A DNA stretch of 44,729 nucleotides from a virus. The translations under genes were made by a program, and so were the position numbers. The notes beneath the pieces are model-generated. The model had not been told where the DNA came from. It made no database searches and was given only the letters and a program-made list of their open reading frames with translations. The stretch is taken from the UHGV virus genome UHGV-0045723, one strand, 5' to 3'. This document shows positions 30,443 through 39,746 of the stretch, piece by piece (position 1 is the stretch's first letter; every line of letters starts with the position of its first letter).

Positions 30443-31618
30443 ATGGATATAACTTGTTTAGAATGTGGCAATGTTCTTGACGACCCAACTGTAGCTTGCG
30501 ATAAATGCGGTGCCACGCCTCATGTTGTAGTGCTGGGCAAACAATCGTACTTTCCTATTGGTGCTGTAACAGCAAATCTTGAAAAAAATGATTCAAGAGC
30601 ATTTGATTATCGATTAGGTGAAGTTTGGGATCTAAAAAATGAAGTCACATCTGAATTCATAACCAGAATTGAGAAAAAATTTAGCCGAAAAAACAAATTT
30701 CATAACTTCCTAGACTCAGATCACAACCCTTCATCCATTCCTACGATCCTAAAAAAATACATTAATAAAAATAATGAATTCATTGATTTATCTAGAGCTA
30801 TAATAGAGAAGCTTAAACATAATGCTAATAACGAATCGAGAGTTGCCCAACTTCAGGGGGGGAGCGTTGTTTTCATCCACTATAAGTCTACCGAACCAGA
30901 GGATTTGGGGAAACTTCTAATCGTAATGGTTGATAAACAAAGCGCCTATGACTTTGATTCGGATAAGTTGACCCCAACAAGATTAAATCCAATTAATACC
31001 GATGCCTTACGGCAGGCTGCGATGTTCGATTTAACTTTATTCGAAGCCAGTTATCCAGAAAACAAGGGTGACTCATATGTACATTTCTTGCAAGGTAAAT
31101 CTAAAAGCGATTTTTTCAAAGACTCATTAGGTTGCCGACATGATTCGGACAATAAAAGAAGCATTCAGCAATTATTCAGTGCTATAGATATTTTTGCTAG
31201 TAAAAACTCACTCGGTCGTGTACTGCGTGATACTATTGACAATGAAGTTAAATCCTTACTGGAAAAAAAATCAAAAGATAAACACGGAAATAAGTCCGTT
31301 AAGATAGAGGATATTTCAAAAATAATTGACTCATGCCTGACTGATTCACACAAATGTAAGGGAACGTTTGTCGATTTTGTTAATCTTAATGGTTTCCAGA
31401 TTGACCCTCAATTTGAACCAACTCCTAAAGCAGCTGAAAGCGCGCTTACAATTGAAGTGGCAGATAACGACAATAATTTTAAGTTGAAAATAATGCGTGG
31501 AGCTATTGGAGACGAAAAGTCAAATAAGCCTGTAATTCTCACTGACAACAAATGCGAAATTGTGATAAAATTGAGTCAGGCAAATTATGATGAACTCAAA
31601 AGATATAGAGACAGCTAA
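30443..31618 (+). CDS. Zinc-ribbon protein with NdpA/YejK-like (NA37) nucleoid-associated domain; candidate defence gene A
   Basis: 391-aa ORF in AT-rich DNA; N-terminal CLECG-x12-CDKCG; central GGSVVFIHY, LLIVMVDK, YVHFLQGKSKSDFFKDSLG resemble E. coli YejK as I remember it. Confidence 0.7.
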   Translation: MDITCLECGNVLDDPTVACDKCGATPHVVVLGKQSYFPIGAVTANLEKNDSRAFDYRLGEVWDLKNEVTSEFITRIEKKFSRKNKFHNFLDSDHNPSSIPTILKKYINKNNEFIDLSRAIIEKLKHNANNESRVAQLQGGSVVFIHYKSTEPEDLGKLLIVMVDKQSAYDFDSDKLTPTRLNPINTDALRQAAMFDLTLFEASYPENKGDSYVHFLQGKSKSDFFKDSLGCRHDSDNKRSIQQLFSAIDIFASKNSLGRVLRDTIDNEVKSLLEKKSKDKHGNKSVKIEDISKIIDSCLTDSHKCKGTFVDFVNLNGFQIDPQFEPTPKAAESALTIEVADNDNNFKLKIMRGAIGDEKSNKPVILTDNKCEIVIKLSQANYDELKRYRDS

Positions 31619-31620
31619 TA

Positions 31621-32835
31621 ATGACAATTGCTGATGACTTATCAAGATTAGCGCAGATTATTAACGGAGCCTCAAGCAGAGTTGAGGGCTACTACACTGT
31701 CATAAGTCTTGAAGAAAGCATTGTTATTGTAAATAGTTCTGAAATAATTAGACTGTTACAATCTATAGGTTATAAAAAGGCAACAACCTGCATCGAAAAT
31801 AATGAAATTTGGCTAGATCGCCAAGCTTCATCTTGGGATGACGCTATAATTTATGAGAATGTTGAGTCTTTTTGGTCTAGAGTAAACACCCAAAACGCTC
31901 TTCCGAAAAATTATATCATCGGAACGCCGTTAATACTCCCTACTTCTAAGAATGAAAGCATCGAAAAAATCCATATTTTCTTTATGTGGAAAGATATCCT
32001 TTCATTAATTGCTGATCATCATAACAGTGACTGCTCTGTCTTATTTTTCACCAATGAAGACAAAAGTTATACAGTCGAACTCACGCATTTTTTACAATAT
32101 AGCGAGATTAATCGCTTATCGAACTCGTCTCTTAAATATGAAATTATAAAGGAGCTTCTCGACACAATAAAAATCAATGATTTACACAAAAGCGAGCGCA
32201 AGCTCGTTATACGCTCAGCCATAAACGAAGTATTTAAAGCAAATGGTACGTTCAATTTCTTTGACTTGCTTAACTCTACTGAACTCGTCAGGAAAAAATA
32301 TGATGAACTATATGAGATTTACACAAAGAGGTTTTCTGTAAATAAAATTCTTAACGAACTCGATGAGAAAAATCTTGAGTTCACGAGTAAAATTAACGAA
32401 TTCATATCATCTAATCAGACAAAAGCATTGACTATTCCCGGTGCATTAATAGCAGCTGGTGGCTTAGTGAAGGCTAATGAAACAACCGAAGCAATATTGA
32501 TTATCGCAGGACTTTGGATGATAAAAAAAGTCAATTACATTTCTATTGAGATATTCAATGAAACATTCGACAACTTACGTTCTCGAGTGGAGTCCGCTTT
32601 CGATAAGTATTTAAAGTTTGAAGAAAATAAAGAAATCAAAGATAATGCAGATAGTATTAAGAGTAGCATTACAGGTTTGATTGATAAAGCTAAAAAAAGG
32701 ATGAGAACTGTTAAATATCTCGCATCAGCCATGTTTTATGGAGGCCTTATTTACGTTGGATATAAACAGTTCCCAGTCTTTTTTGAAAAATCGGCAGTAA
32801 ATCTATTTTATTTTTTATGCCATACTATAAGCTAA
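31621..32835 (+). CDS. Membrane protein with helical N-terminal domain; candidate defence gene B
   Basis: 404-aa ORF starting 2 nt after gene A stop; hydrophobic helices ALTIPGALIAAGGLV...ILIIAGLWMI and YLASAMFYGGLIYVGY. Confidence 0.7.
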   Translation: MTIADDLSRLAQIINGASSRVEGYYTVISLEESIVIVNSSEIIRLLQSIGYKKATTCIENNEIWLDRQASSWDDAIIYENVESFWSRVNTQNALPKNYIIGTPLILPTSKNESIEKIHIFFMWKDILSLIADHHNSDCSVLFFTNEDKSYTVELTHFLQYSEINRLSNSSLKYEIIKELLDTIKINDLHKSERKLVIRSAINEVFKANGTFNFFDLLNSTELVRKKYDELYEIYTKRFSVNKILNELDEKNLEFTSKINEFISSNQTKALTIPGALIAAGGLVKANETTEAILIIAGLWMIKKVNYISIEIFNETFDNLRSRVESAFDKYLKFEENKEIKDNADSIKSSITGLIDKAKKRMRTVKYLASAMFYGGLIYVGYKQFPVFFEKSAVNLFYFLCHTIS

Positions 32836-33186
32836 CATTGCTAAACAGCCGTCAACAAACCCCATTGCAGTTTGCAGTTCCTTCCTAATTGTGCCATCAG
32901 AGCATTTTCTCTTCTTCGCAATAGTGCGTAATGAGATACCGATAACAAAGTGGGCGATGATGAGCTCATATTCCTCTGGTTTATACCTTCTCAACCGAGC
33001 CACACAACTGTCTATCATGATGCCTTCGTCATCATCACACTGAATCCGTGACTTTTTGCCATGAGGTAAAAGTCCCTTGAAACCAGCCGCTATCGGCTGC
33101 CAGTCCACTCCGCTATTGTCTGAAGCAGCCCAAGCTCCCCAACGATCCATTACTTCATACATATCACGCATCAACTTTCTCCACAA
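32815..33186 (-). CDS. Late-gene antiterminator Q (phage 82-type)
   Basis: 123-aa ORF with RWGAWAA...SIAAGFKGLL...C..DDD...C....RL pattern; position ahead of lysis genes. Confidence 0.8.
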   Translation of the reverse strand: MWRKLMRDMYEVMDRWGAWAASDNSGVDWQPIAAGFKGLLPHGKKSRIQCDDDEGIMIDSCVARLRRYKPEEYELIIAHFVIGISLRTIAKKRKCSDGTIRKELQTAMGFVDGCLAMLAYSMA

Positions 33187-33188
33187 AA

Positions 33189-34184
33189 TCAGGCCAGCAC
33201 ACCAATTGCCAGCGCACGATCGATAAAACGAAATATCAACTCCAGCTGGGAGCCATACTTCTCTTCAAATGCCACGGTATCCGCATGCAGCTCGTCGTGA
33301 TGCTTTCTGCACAAAGGCAACACAAAGAGATCATGCGCTTTTGTACCCATTCCCCCCTGACCGTGGCCTATCAGATGGTGGGGATCATCAGCAGGCTTTC
33401 CACAACATGCACACGGCTGCGTCTTAACCCAGCGCGTGTACTTTTCATTAACCCAGCGGCGACGTTTTGGGCGTAACATAAAAGACTCCGGCGACTCTGG
33501 ATCCACTTTCAGCGCCAGCACCTTTTTCGCTTTATCCTGGATAATGCTGGTGGCAGGAACCGAAGGAACAAGGTCACTCTCCAGGGTGACAGACGGCACA
33601 ACAGGCTTCGGTAATCTCAGTGCCTTACGGGCTGCACTTTCCGGTAAGGCATCAGCCAGGTCATTACGAACCAGCCACCAGCACAGTTCCGGCATTGTCA
33701 CAACGTGACTGTCATCAAAACCGAGATCACGGCGCACAACAGATAACACCCAGCGGGCACAGTTATCCGTTGCCATTGATTCCAGCCGTTCCGTGAACTG
33801 ATCGCGCAGCTGGTTATCGCAGTGCCAGCACAGACGGATTGCGCCCGGCGCGTGTCGCATTGTGGTCATGTTCTCGCTGTGCCAGTCGGAATGAGGCCAC
33901 TGGCAGCCTTTTTCACGAAGTAACCAGCTTTCAAGACATTCCACGCCACCAGCACGACGGATCACTGCCTCATTGCGGAACACGGCCCGAACGGCAGGAT
34001 CATCCGCCAGCGGTTGTGATGCCGCCGGAACGGCACCACTGGCGAAAGATGAATAACGTTCCGGCTCAGGCTCCAGCAGGACACGCCCCTGCATAAACAG
34101 GGGCATCAACTCTGAACCTGGCCTGAACAATACGATCCCCATACGCGGGGCAATTTCAGGGGTCAGTAGTGCTCTCACGGTCAC
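33189..34184 (-). CDS. DUF968-family protein (YdfU-like, HNH-like C-terminus)
   Basis: 331-aa ORF; C-terminal CACCGKPADDPHHLIGHGQGGMGTKAHDLFVLPLCRKHHDELH. Confidence 0.65.
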   Translation of the reverse strand: MTVRALLTPEIAPRMGIVLFRPGSELMPLFMQGRVLLEPEPERYSSFASGAVPAASQPLADDPAVRAVFRNEAVIRRAGGVECLESWLLREKGCQWPHSDWHSENMTTMRHAPGAIRLCWHCDNQLRDQFTERLESMATDNCARWVLSVVRRDLGFDDSHVVTMPELCWWLVRNDLADALPESAARKALRLPKPVVPSVTLESDLVPSVPATSIIQDKAKKVLALKVDPESPESFMLRPKRRRWVNEKYTRWVKTQPCACCGKPADDPHHLIGHGQGGMGTKAHDLFVLPLCRKHHDELHADTVAFEEKYGSQLELIFRFIDRALAIGVLA

Positions 34185-34185
34185 C

Positions 34186-34983
34186 TCAATGAACGGTATC
34201 GAGCAGCTTTAACAGCTCAGGGAATCGGGATTCGAAGAAATGCGGCTGCGTCTCGCGCGGATTTGCGGGACTGGTGATATTCTTGCCGAACATGCAGCCT
34301 TTCGCTGTCAGCGACCAGAATTTTTTGATGTTGTTAATCGCGGTACGACTGTATCGTTCGCGTTGTTCAACGATCCCCAGCTTCGCCATCTGGTGATATG
34401 CCTGATTAGCCGTCAGGCGGATACCATACTGCTTCAGCAGTGCACTCAGTGACAGCGTGGGGCGGCTTGAGCCATCAGGCGCGTCAGCAGGAGCATCAAT
34501 GGCATAGCGCGGTGCCAGATTCGGTAAGCCAACAGCCTCCTGGAGTTTCTGACAGGCCCCAAGCACTGAAGAGTTAGACAGGTTTAATTCCCGGCGCATA
34601 AAGTCCAGCAGGATCACACCAGCCTGCATCTTGTCAGCAGCCTGTCCGGATAATTTTTCCGGTGCGCTGGTTACCATATCGAAAGTACGGATCACCTTCA
34701 GATGGAATGACGGGCTGATCCACATTGCATAGGCATACACCAGTTCTTTGCAGACATACGTCCCCTGGTTATTTCCGCCACGAATAACGTTAACTGGCTC
34801 TATATTGACCGAGTTGCAAATCTGCAACTCGCTTATTAAACGTTCAGTTTGCTCATTGCGGAGCCAGAATGCAGGCTTATGCTTATCCAGAGAACCGGCA
34901 GCCCTGTGCAGATCGTTCAGGCTGTAACGACCATAAGCATCACGACGAACTTCAATACCATCAATGACCATCAGATTATTCAT
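34186..34983 (-). CDS. KilA-N domain protein
   Basis: N-terminus MVIDGIEVRRDAYGRYSLNDLHRAAG. Confidence 0.65.
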   Translation of the reverse strand: MNNLMVIDGIEVRRDAYGRYSLNDLHRAAGSLDKHKPAFWLRNEQTERLISELQICNSVNIEPVNVIRGGNNQGTYVCKELVYAYAMWISPSFHLKVIRTFDMVTSAPEKLSGQAADKMQAGVILLDFMRRELNLSNSSVLGACQKLQEAVGLPNLAPRYAIDAPADAPDGSSRPTLSLSALLKQYGIRLTANQAYHQMAKLGIVEQRERYSRTAINNIKKFWSLTAKGCMFGKNITSPANPRETQPHFFESRFPELLKLLDTVH

Positions 34984-35002
34984 TCTTCGTTTCTCCTCTT
35001 AA

Positions 35003-35392
35003 TCAGGCGGCTGCACCCGCCGTTTTCTCGTACTTACTGATAGTGATCTCGACCTTCCCTTCCGGGATAACCGGTCCCCACTCCACCAGCATTCTTTTCA
35101 CCTGACTGTCGTCTTCCCACACACCCGCGTGGGTCAGGGCGTCAAACAGCGCCTTGTTATAGTTGTCCAGATCGCGGATCCGGTTATCCGGAGGAAACAA
35201 CACGATCTCCACTGAAGCAGGTGCCGACGTTGGTTTTGGCAGACGACGTAACTGCTCAACTATTGCTGCACACGCCGCGCTCTGGAATTTGCGCCCCGCC
35301 GCGCTTATCAGGCTCTTACCTGCAAACGCCCCTTTGTTGGGGTGTCGCCAGTACGTGTTCACGCTGGGCGGGAAAGGCAGGATCAGCTTCAT
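35003..35392 (-). CDS. rusA: Holliday junction resolvase RusA
   Basis: 129-aa ORF with LPFPPSVNTYW, RDLDNYNKALFDALTHAGVWEDDSQV. Confidence 0.85.
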   Translation of the reverse strand: MKLILPFPPSVNTYWRHPNKGAFAGKSLISAAGRKFQSAACAAIVEQLRRLPKPTSAPASVEIVLFPPDNRIRDLDNYNKALFDALTHAGVWEDDSQVKRMLVEWGPVIPEGKVEITISKYEKTAGAAA

Positions 35393-35715
35393 ACTTTCAG
35401 GCCCCTCTCATGTAACCAGTGGGCTGCACGCAGCCTGGCGTTTTCCTCACCGACAAGCAGTGAGCGGATAATCCCGACCGCCTCGCTGTCGTCGTCCTTC
35501 ACCGCGGTATGAAGCGTGATGCCCCGGGCCACGCCACGCTTTATCGTGATGACGCCTTTTTTCTCCAGTGCGCGAAGATGTTCTACCGCTGCATTCACTG
35601 AACGGTATCCCAGCATGGTTGCCACCTCCTGATTGGTTGGCGGGAAGCCACGTTCTTTCTGATAAGAAATCAGCATATCCAGCACCTGCTGCTGGCATTG
35701 AGTTAACGTCGTCAT
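35389..35715 (-). CDS. LexA DNA-binding-domain protein (no peptidase domain)
   Basis: QQVLDMLISYQKERGFPPTNQEVATMLGYRSVNAAVEHLRALEKKGVI matches the LexA winged-helix N-domain; ORF too short for an S24 domain. Confidence 0.6.
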   Translation of the reverse strand: MTTLTQCQQQVLDMLISYQKERGFPPTNQEVATMLGYRSVNAAVEHLRALEKKGVITIKRGVARGITLHTAVKDDDSEAVGIIRSLLVGEENARLRAAHWLHERGLKV

Positions 35716-36365
35716 GCCACCATCTCCCTGACCAGTTTTTCTGCCTGCTGGCGAACCTGCGCCAGAAAGGCCTCACCACATGCCTCAAGTTCATCGCGCC
35801 CGATGTAGCTGATTGCCGGTCCCTTCCAGGTCTTGTCGAAAACAGCAATAGCACCAGCGAAGAAAGCTCCTGTCGGCACCTGCTTCTCATCCTTCGGGAT
35901 AAACCAGGCTGGCAGTTCAAAACCAATACGCCCGCGAATAAAAGCAATATGGTCTGCATCTTCCGGCCACCAAACTTCGCTGGTGGCAGCTTTGATCAGG
36001 AAAACATAGCGCCCGCCTTTATCACGCATAGCACTGGCATGTTTCATGATGTAACGCATGCCGGTGATGTATTGCCCCTCATGCTGACTGGCGCGGCTGT
36101 ACGGGGGATTACCAAAGGCAGCACCTTTAAGCTCCGCAAGACGTTCAGACCAGTCATGCGCCAGCGCGTTGTCTTCCGCAGTGTAATAAGCGGCACATTT
36201 GGCGTTATCACCATCAGTGAACAGATCCAGAACAAACGGGCCAAACAGGGTGTTAATTCCCCAGAAAATGTTGTCCGGCGTGCGCCACTGATCGCCCACT
36301 TCCTTCAGTTCATGGGCTGGTTTGTTCCGCAGCTCCACCAGCGCCTGGCAATATTTATTACTCAT
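35712..36365 (-). CDS. Phage N6-adenine DNA methyltransferase (Dam-like)
   Basis: NPPY motif (AAFGNPPYSRA); start taken at the Met giving a TAATG overlap with the upstream gene. Confidence 0.8.
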   Translation of the reverse strand: MSNKYCQALVELRNKPAHELKEVGDQWRTPDNIFWGINTLFGPFVLDLFTDGDNAKCAAYYTAEDNALAHDWSERLAELKGAAFGNPPYSRASQHEGQYITGMRYIMKHASAMRDKGGRYVFLIKAATSEVWWPEDADHIAFIRGRIGFELPAWFIPKDEKQVPTGAFFAGAIAVFDKTWKGPAISYIGRDELEACGEAFLAQVRQQAEKLVREMVA

Positions 36366-36859
36366 TAAGCCCCCACGTAATTCCCTGACAGATACCACTC
36401 TTCACCCGATGCAGCGCGCTTGCTGCTTTTCCGTAAGCACCGCTCACGATGCGCCAGAAAATTGTTTCGTTCTGGCTGGGAGTGGCTTTCACGGAATGCC
36501 TCCATCCACACCGTTGCAGCTCGACGGAATAAGCCCCTGGACTCCAGTTCTTCAGCCTGGCGGGTCAGGCACAAAATCACCTGGGGATCGTTAGTGCCGA
36601 CATAGAAATTGCGCACAGGTCTGGTTTCACGAACTGGTTGTGGTTCCGGCTCCTGCGCTCTCTCAGTCAGGTGCGGGAAATGTCTGCGTGTATCCCCTTC
36701 ACAACGGTGAGCCACACGCCCACTCTGACGTAACTTGCTTGCTGACTGCAGAACGCGCTGCCGTGAGTAACCAGCAAAAGCATCTGCAATGTCTCCGGAA
36801 GTACACCCCGGATGGGCTTCAATGAATTTCTGAACGTCATTTAACAGACTCATGATCAC
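36365..36859 (-). CDS. PerC-family transcriptional regulator-like protein
   Basis: C-terminal LESRGLFRRAATVWMEAF...RERCL resembles the PerC/Pch signature. Confidence 0.55.
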   Translation of the reverse strand: MIMSLLNDVQKFIEAHPGCTSGDIADAFAGYSRQRVLQSASKLRQSGRVAHRCEGDTRRHFPHLTERAQEPEPQPVRETRPVRNFYVGTNDPQVILCLTRQAEELESRGLFRRAATVWMEAFRESHSQPERNNFLAHRERCLRKSSKRAASGEEWYLSGNYVGA

Positions 36860-37767
36860 CCCCTGAATCCTGCCGGGATCTGGCTGTAGTCCACGTTGTC
36901 GTAACTGGATTTGAAGTACGGGTCTTCGCGTTTTTCGGTGTACGTGCTGACGGACGGCGATAAGCGCAGGGAAAGCTCATCCCATTTTTCCCGCAGCTTC
37001 GACGGGCTGAGCACGTTACGGCACCAGAACGGATCGCGGCTGACGCGGCTGTACATCTCGCAGATTTGTTTGTGAGTACGACCATCCTGCACACACATCA
37101 GGCGAATTTCGTTTGCCCAGGCTGTCCAGTTCGGTTCTTTGGGACGAACCACCTCGCCGTCACATTCGGCAGCCTGCTCGTACAGGGCGATGATTTTTTT
37201 CCAGAGCCACTGTGCGCAGGTCAAATCATCCTGCGTCCCCCACTGGCGCTTTTTAGGGCTGAATACAACCGCATCAGGATGGCGAGTTAAAAAATCCTGT
37301 TCATCCGTCTGCGTGTCCGGTTGCGAAGCGTCCGGACGAGAAGTTTTTTTATCTGACGGATCATGTTTTGATTTTACTGACGGATCCCCGCCAGATTCTG
37401 ACGGGTGAAAACCCGCTTTTTTGCCAGATTTCGACGCATCAAATTTTGACGGGTCAGAATCTGACAGTTGAGAAAATGCCGCTGCCTGAAGCTTCGCAAC
37501 GTTAAGCTGATAAACATTCGACGCATTGCGGTTACCCTGGCGACGCGCCTTACGCGTTAACCAGCCTTCTGCTTCCAGCCGTGCGATAGCCGTTCTGACG
37601 GTACTCATCCCCGCGCCAATCTGGCGGGCAATGGTTTCAATTGATGGCCAGCACACACCTTCGTCATTACTGAAATCAGCCAGGCGGGCCATAATTGCCA
37701 CGCTGGATAATTTCATGCCTGACGCAGCGCAACCATCCCATACATAGCCGGTTAATTTAGTGCTCAT
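36856..37767 (-). CDS. Replication initiation protein (winged-helix N-terminus)
   Basis: N-terminal LSSVAIMARLADFSNDEGVCWPSIETIARQIGAGMSTVRTAIARLEAEGWL; position after cro/cII-like genes. Confidence 0.65.
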   Translation of the reverse strand: MSTKLTGYVWDGCAASGMKLSSVAIMARLADFSNDEGVCWPSIETIARQIGAGMSTVRTAIARLEAEGWLTRKARRQGNRNASNVYQLNVAKLQAAAFSQLSDSDPSKFDASKSGKKAGFHPSESGGDPSVKSKHDPSDKKTSRPDASQPDTQTDEQDFLTRHPDAVVFSPKKRQWGTQDDLTCAQWLWKKIIALYEQAAECDGEVVRPKEPNWTAWANEIRLMCVQDGRTHKQICEMYSRVSRDPFWCRNVLSPSKLREKWDELSLRLSPSVSTYTEKREDPYFKSSYDNVDYSQIPAGFRG

Positions 37768-37776
37768 GACCGACCT

Positions 37777-38115
37777 CTATTTCCCTGAATTTACAACGAA
37801 ACTGTTCGAGCGGGCTGAAGCACTCATGCTCATAGCCTTCACGGAGGTAGATAACCCGTTGTGTTTCCGGCTCCCAACGAATGACTCTGACGGGCACTCC
37901 GTAGTGATCTTTGAACCAGCGGTTAACTTGTCGCAAAGGACTGTCTCCTTCTGCCGGTTGAAATCACCCACAGCCCACTCTGCAAAGCTGTGGGTTACAA
38001 TTTCCCTGTCACCTAGTACATTTACTGCATAGCAATACTCCACCTTCGCTTTTCCACCCGGTACAGGAAGCGCAATCAGTTGCGAGCGACGGTAGTGTGT
38101 TGTTAAACTGTTCAT
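37777..38115 (-). CDS. Hypothetical protein
   Basis: 112-aa ORF exactly filling the gap between neighbours with a 4-nt start/stop overlap; an antisense ORF exists. Confidence 0.4.
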   Translation of the reverse strand: MNSLTTHYRRSQLIALPVPGGKAKVEYCYAVNVLGDREIVTHSFAEWAVGDFNRQKETVLCDKLTAGSKITTECPSESFVGSRKHNGLSTSVKAMSMSASARSNSFVVNSGK

Positions 38116-38675
38116 GCGTTAGTTTCTCCACAGTCACGACACGCCACGGCGCCCGGAGCTGCACACTCGCGGGCGTCACTACTTTCTGAAACGCAAAAGA
38201 TTTTGTAGACCAGTGCTGCATGCTCCTGCAGCTTCGAAATTGAGAGGTACAGCTCATCGTTAATTGCTGTCTTCTCATGCGGTTCCACTACACCGTCTTC
38301 AATTGCTGAACGAATCTGTTTTGAATAACTGCCGATCTGTTCAATGACTTCCAGCAGGCGTTGGTTGATATCGGCGTTGTCCACATCCTCGACGTCAGGA
38401 AGAGACACAAAGACGCCATTTGCAGACTGCGCCACAGCATCAGCAATGAAGTGAGTGCCACCAGCACGCTGTAAAACCATTGCCCATCCCAGCGGGAAAA
38501 TCTGATCGCCATCTGCACGAAGGCGGTTGAATAAAGCGTTTTCTGTTACATCGAGCCAGTCAGCCGCTTCAGCGTAACCACCCGGCAACGCCGCGATAGT
38601 TTTTCTGACAGCTTTCACGTACCACTCAGGCTGTTTTTCTATTTTCCAGTGATGCTTACCCACGGTTAGCCTCAT
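38112..38675 (-). CDS. Putative early regulatory protein (CII/YdaT-like)
   Basis: 187-aa ORF directly downstream of cro-like gene; family assignment tentative. Confidence 0.45.
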   Translation of the reverse strand: MRLTVGKHHWKIEKQPEWYVKAVRKTIAALPGGYAEAADWLDVTENALFNRLRADGDQIFPLGWAMVLQRAGGTHFIADAVAQSANGVFVSLPDVEDVDNADINQRLLEVIEQIGSYSKQIRSAIEDGVVEPHEKTAINDELYLSISKLQEHAALVYKIFCVSESSDARECAAPGAVACRDCGETNA

Positions 38676-38706
38676 CGTTCTGTGGTTAAAAATTGAAAGT
38701 GTTCTG

Positions 38707-38907
38707 CTAATCTTTCGGATAGATATCCGGTCTTAAGTCAGATTTCGTAATTGCACCTGACGTGCATTGCTCAAGTTTTTTAGCCAGCACAAAACTGGCT
38801 TTTTTATAGCCATTGAAAACCAGCCGTAAGTAGCCAGGTGTTGAGCCAACTTTTCCGGCCAACTCGCCCTGCTGTTCTTTGGTTAAAGAGTCCCAATACG
38901 CTTTCAT
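38707..38907 (-). CDS. Cro/YdaS-like HTH repressor
   Basis: 66-aa product MKAYWDSLTKEQQGELAGKVGSTPGYLRLVFNGYKK; divergent from the CI-like gene across an operator region. Confidence 0.7.
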   Translation of the reverse strand: MKAYWDSLTKEQQGELAGKVGSTPGYLRLVFNGYKKASFVLAKKLEQCTSGAITKSDLRPDIYPKD

Positions 38908-38910
38908 ACA

Positions 38911-38982
38911 ATATGTACCTCCGGTGTACATATTACATGATTGAAATGAACCTTCAAGATACTTGTACCTTAACGGTACAAG
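38911..38982. promoter_or_regulatory. Operator/promoter region (oR-like) between cro-like and cI-like genes
   Basis: Two perfect inverted repeats: ATATGTAC-n7-GTACATAT (38911-38933) and CTTGTACC-n5-GGTACAAG (38962-38982). Confidence 0.6.
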
Positions 38983-38997
38983 GGTTTTAATTTCGTT

Positions 38998-39672
38998 ATG
39001 AAAACAATCCATGACATCCGGCGGTCTAACGCCAGAAAACTGAGAGATGGTGTTGGCGGGAATTCTTCCTTTGCCACTATGATTGATCGCGAGCCAACCC
39101 AGACCAGCAGGTTTATGGGAGATGGTGCTACTAAAAATATCGGTGACAGCATGGCACGACACATCGAAAAATGTTTCGACCTGCCTGTCGGATGGCTCGA
39201 TCAAGAACACCAGACAACGAACATCACAAAAAAACCTGATGTTTCAATCACTAATAAACAAATCACATTAGTCCCTGTCATATCATGGGTACAGGCCGGA
39301 GCATGGAAAGAAGTTGGATATTCTGAGGTTGATTTGAGCACAGCAGAAACGTATCCCTGCCCTGTACCCTGTGGGGAAATGACTTATATCTTGCGGGTGA
39401 TAGGTGATTCAATGATTGATGAGTACCGCCCGGGAGACATGATTTTTGTCGATCCTGAAGTACCTGCCTGCCACGGTGACGACGTTATTGCATTGATGCA
39501 CGATACAGGCGAAACCACCTTCAAAAGGTTGATAGAAGATGGGACACAGCGTTATCTCAAAGCGTTAAACCCAAACTGGCCTGAGCCTTACATTAAGATC
39601 AACGGTAATTGCTCTATAATTGGTACAGTGATTTTCTCAGGAAAACCAAGAAGATACAAAATCAAAGCCTAA
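38998..39672 (+). CDS. CI-like repressor (HTH + S24 LexA-like peptidase domain)
   Basis: 224-aa ORF; C-terminal RVIGDSM...GDMIFVDPE...FKRL. Confidence 0.85.
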   Translation: MKTIHDIRRSNARKLRDGVGGNSSFATMIDREPTQTSRFMGDGATKNIGDSMARHIEKCFDLPVGWLDQEHQTTNITKKPDVSITNKQITLVPVISWVQAGAWKEVGYSEVDLSTAETYPCPVPCGEMTYILRVIGDSMIDEYRPGDMIFVDPEVPACHGDDVIALMHDTGETTFKRLIEDGTQRYLKALNPNWPEPYIKINGNCSIIGTVIFSGKPRRYKIKA

Positions 39673-39684
39673 TCAATGTTTATG

Positions 39685-39707
39685 AACCTGCTTCGGCAGG
39701 TTTTTTT
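39685..39707 (+). terminator. Rho-independent terminator after cI-like gene
   Basis: AACCTGC-ttcg-GCAGGTT hairpin followed by 7 T. Confidence 0.6.
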
Positions 39708-39710
39708 ATA

Positions 39711-39746
39711 CTTGACAATGTACCTTTGAGATACATAATGTACCCA
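39711..39746 (+). promoter_or_regulatory. pL-like promoter with TGTACC operator half-sites
   Basis: TTGACA-16 nt-CATAAT; ATGTACC repeated within and just after the promoter. Confidence 0.4.

Noticed and set aside
35568-36368. 266-aa plus-strand ORF antisense to the Dam and LexA-like genes
   Set aside because: Overlaps two tightly coupled minus-strand genes with recognisable motifs; no motif of its own.
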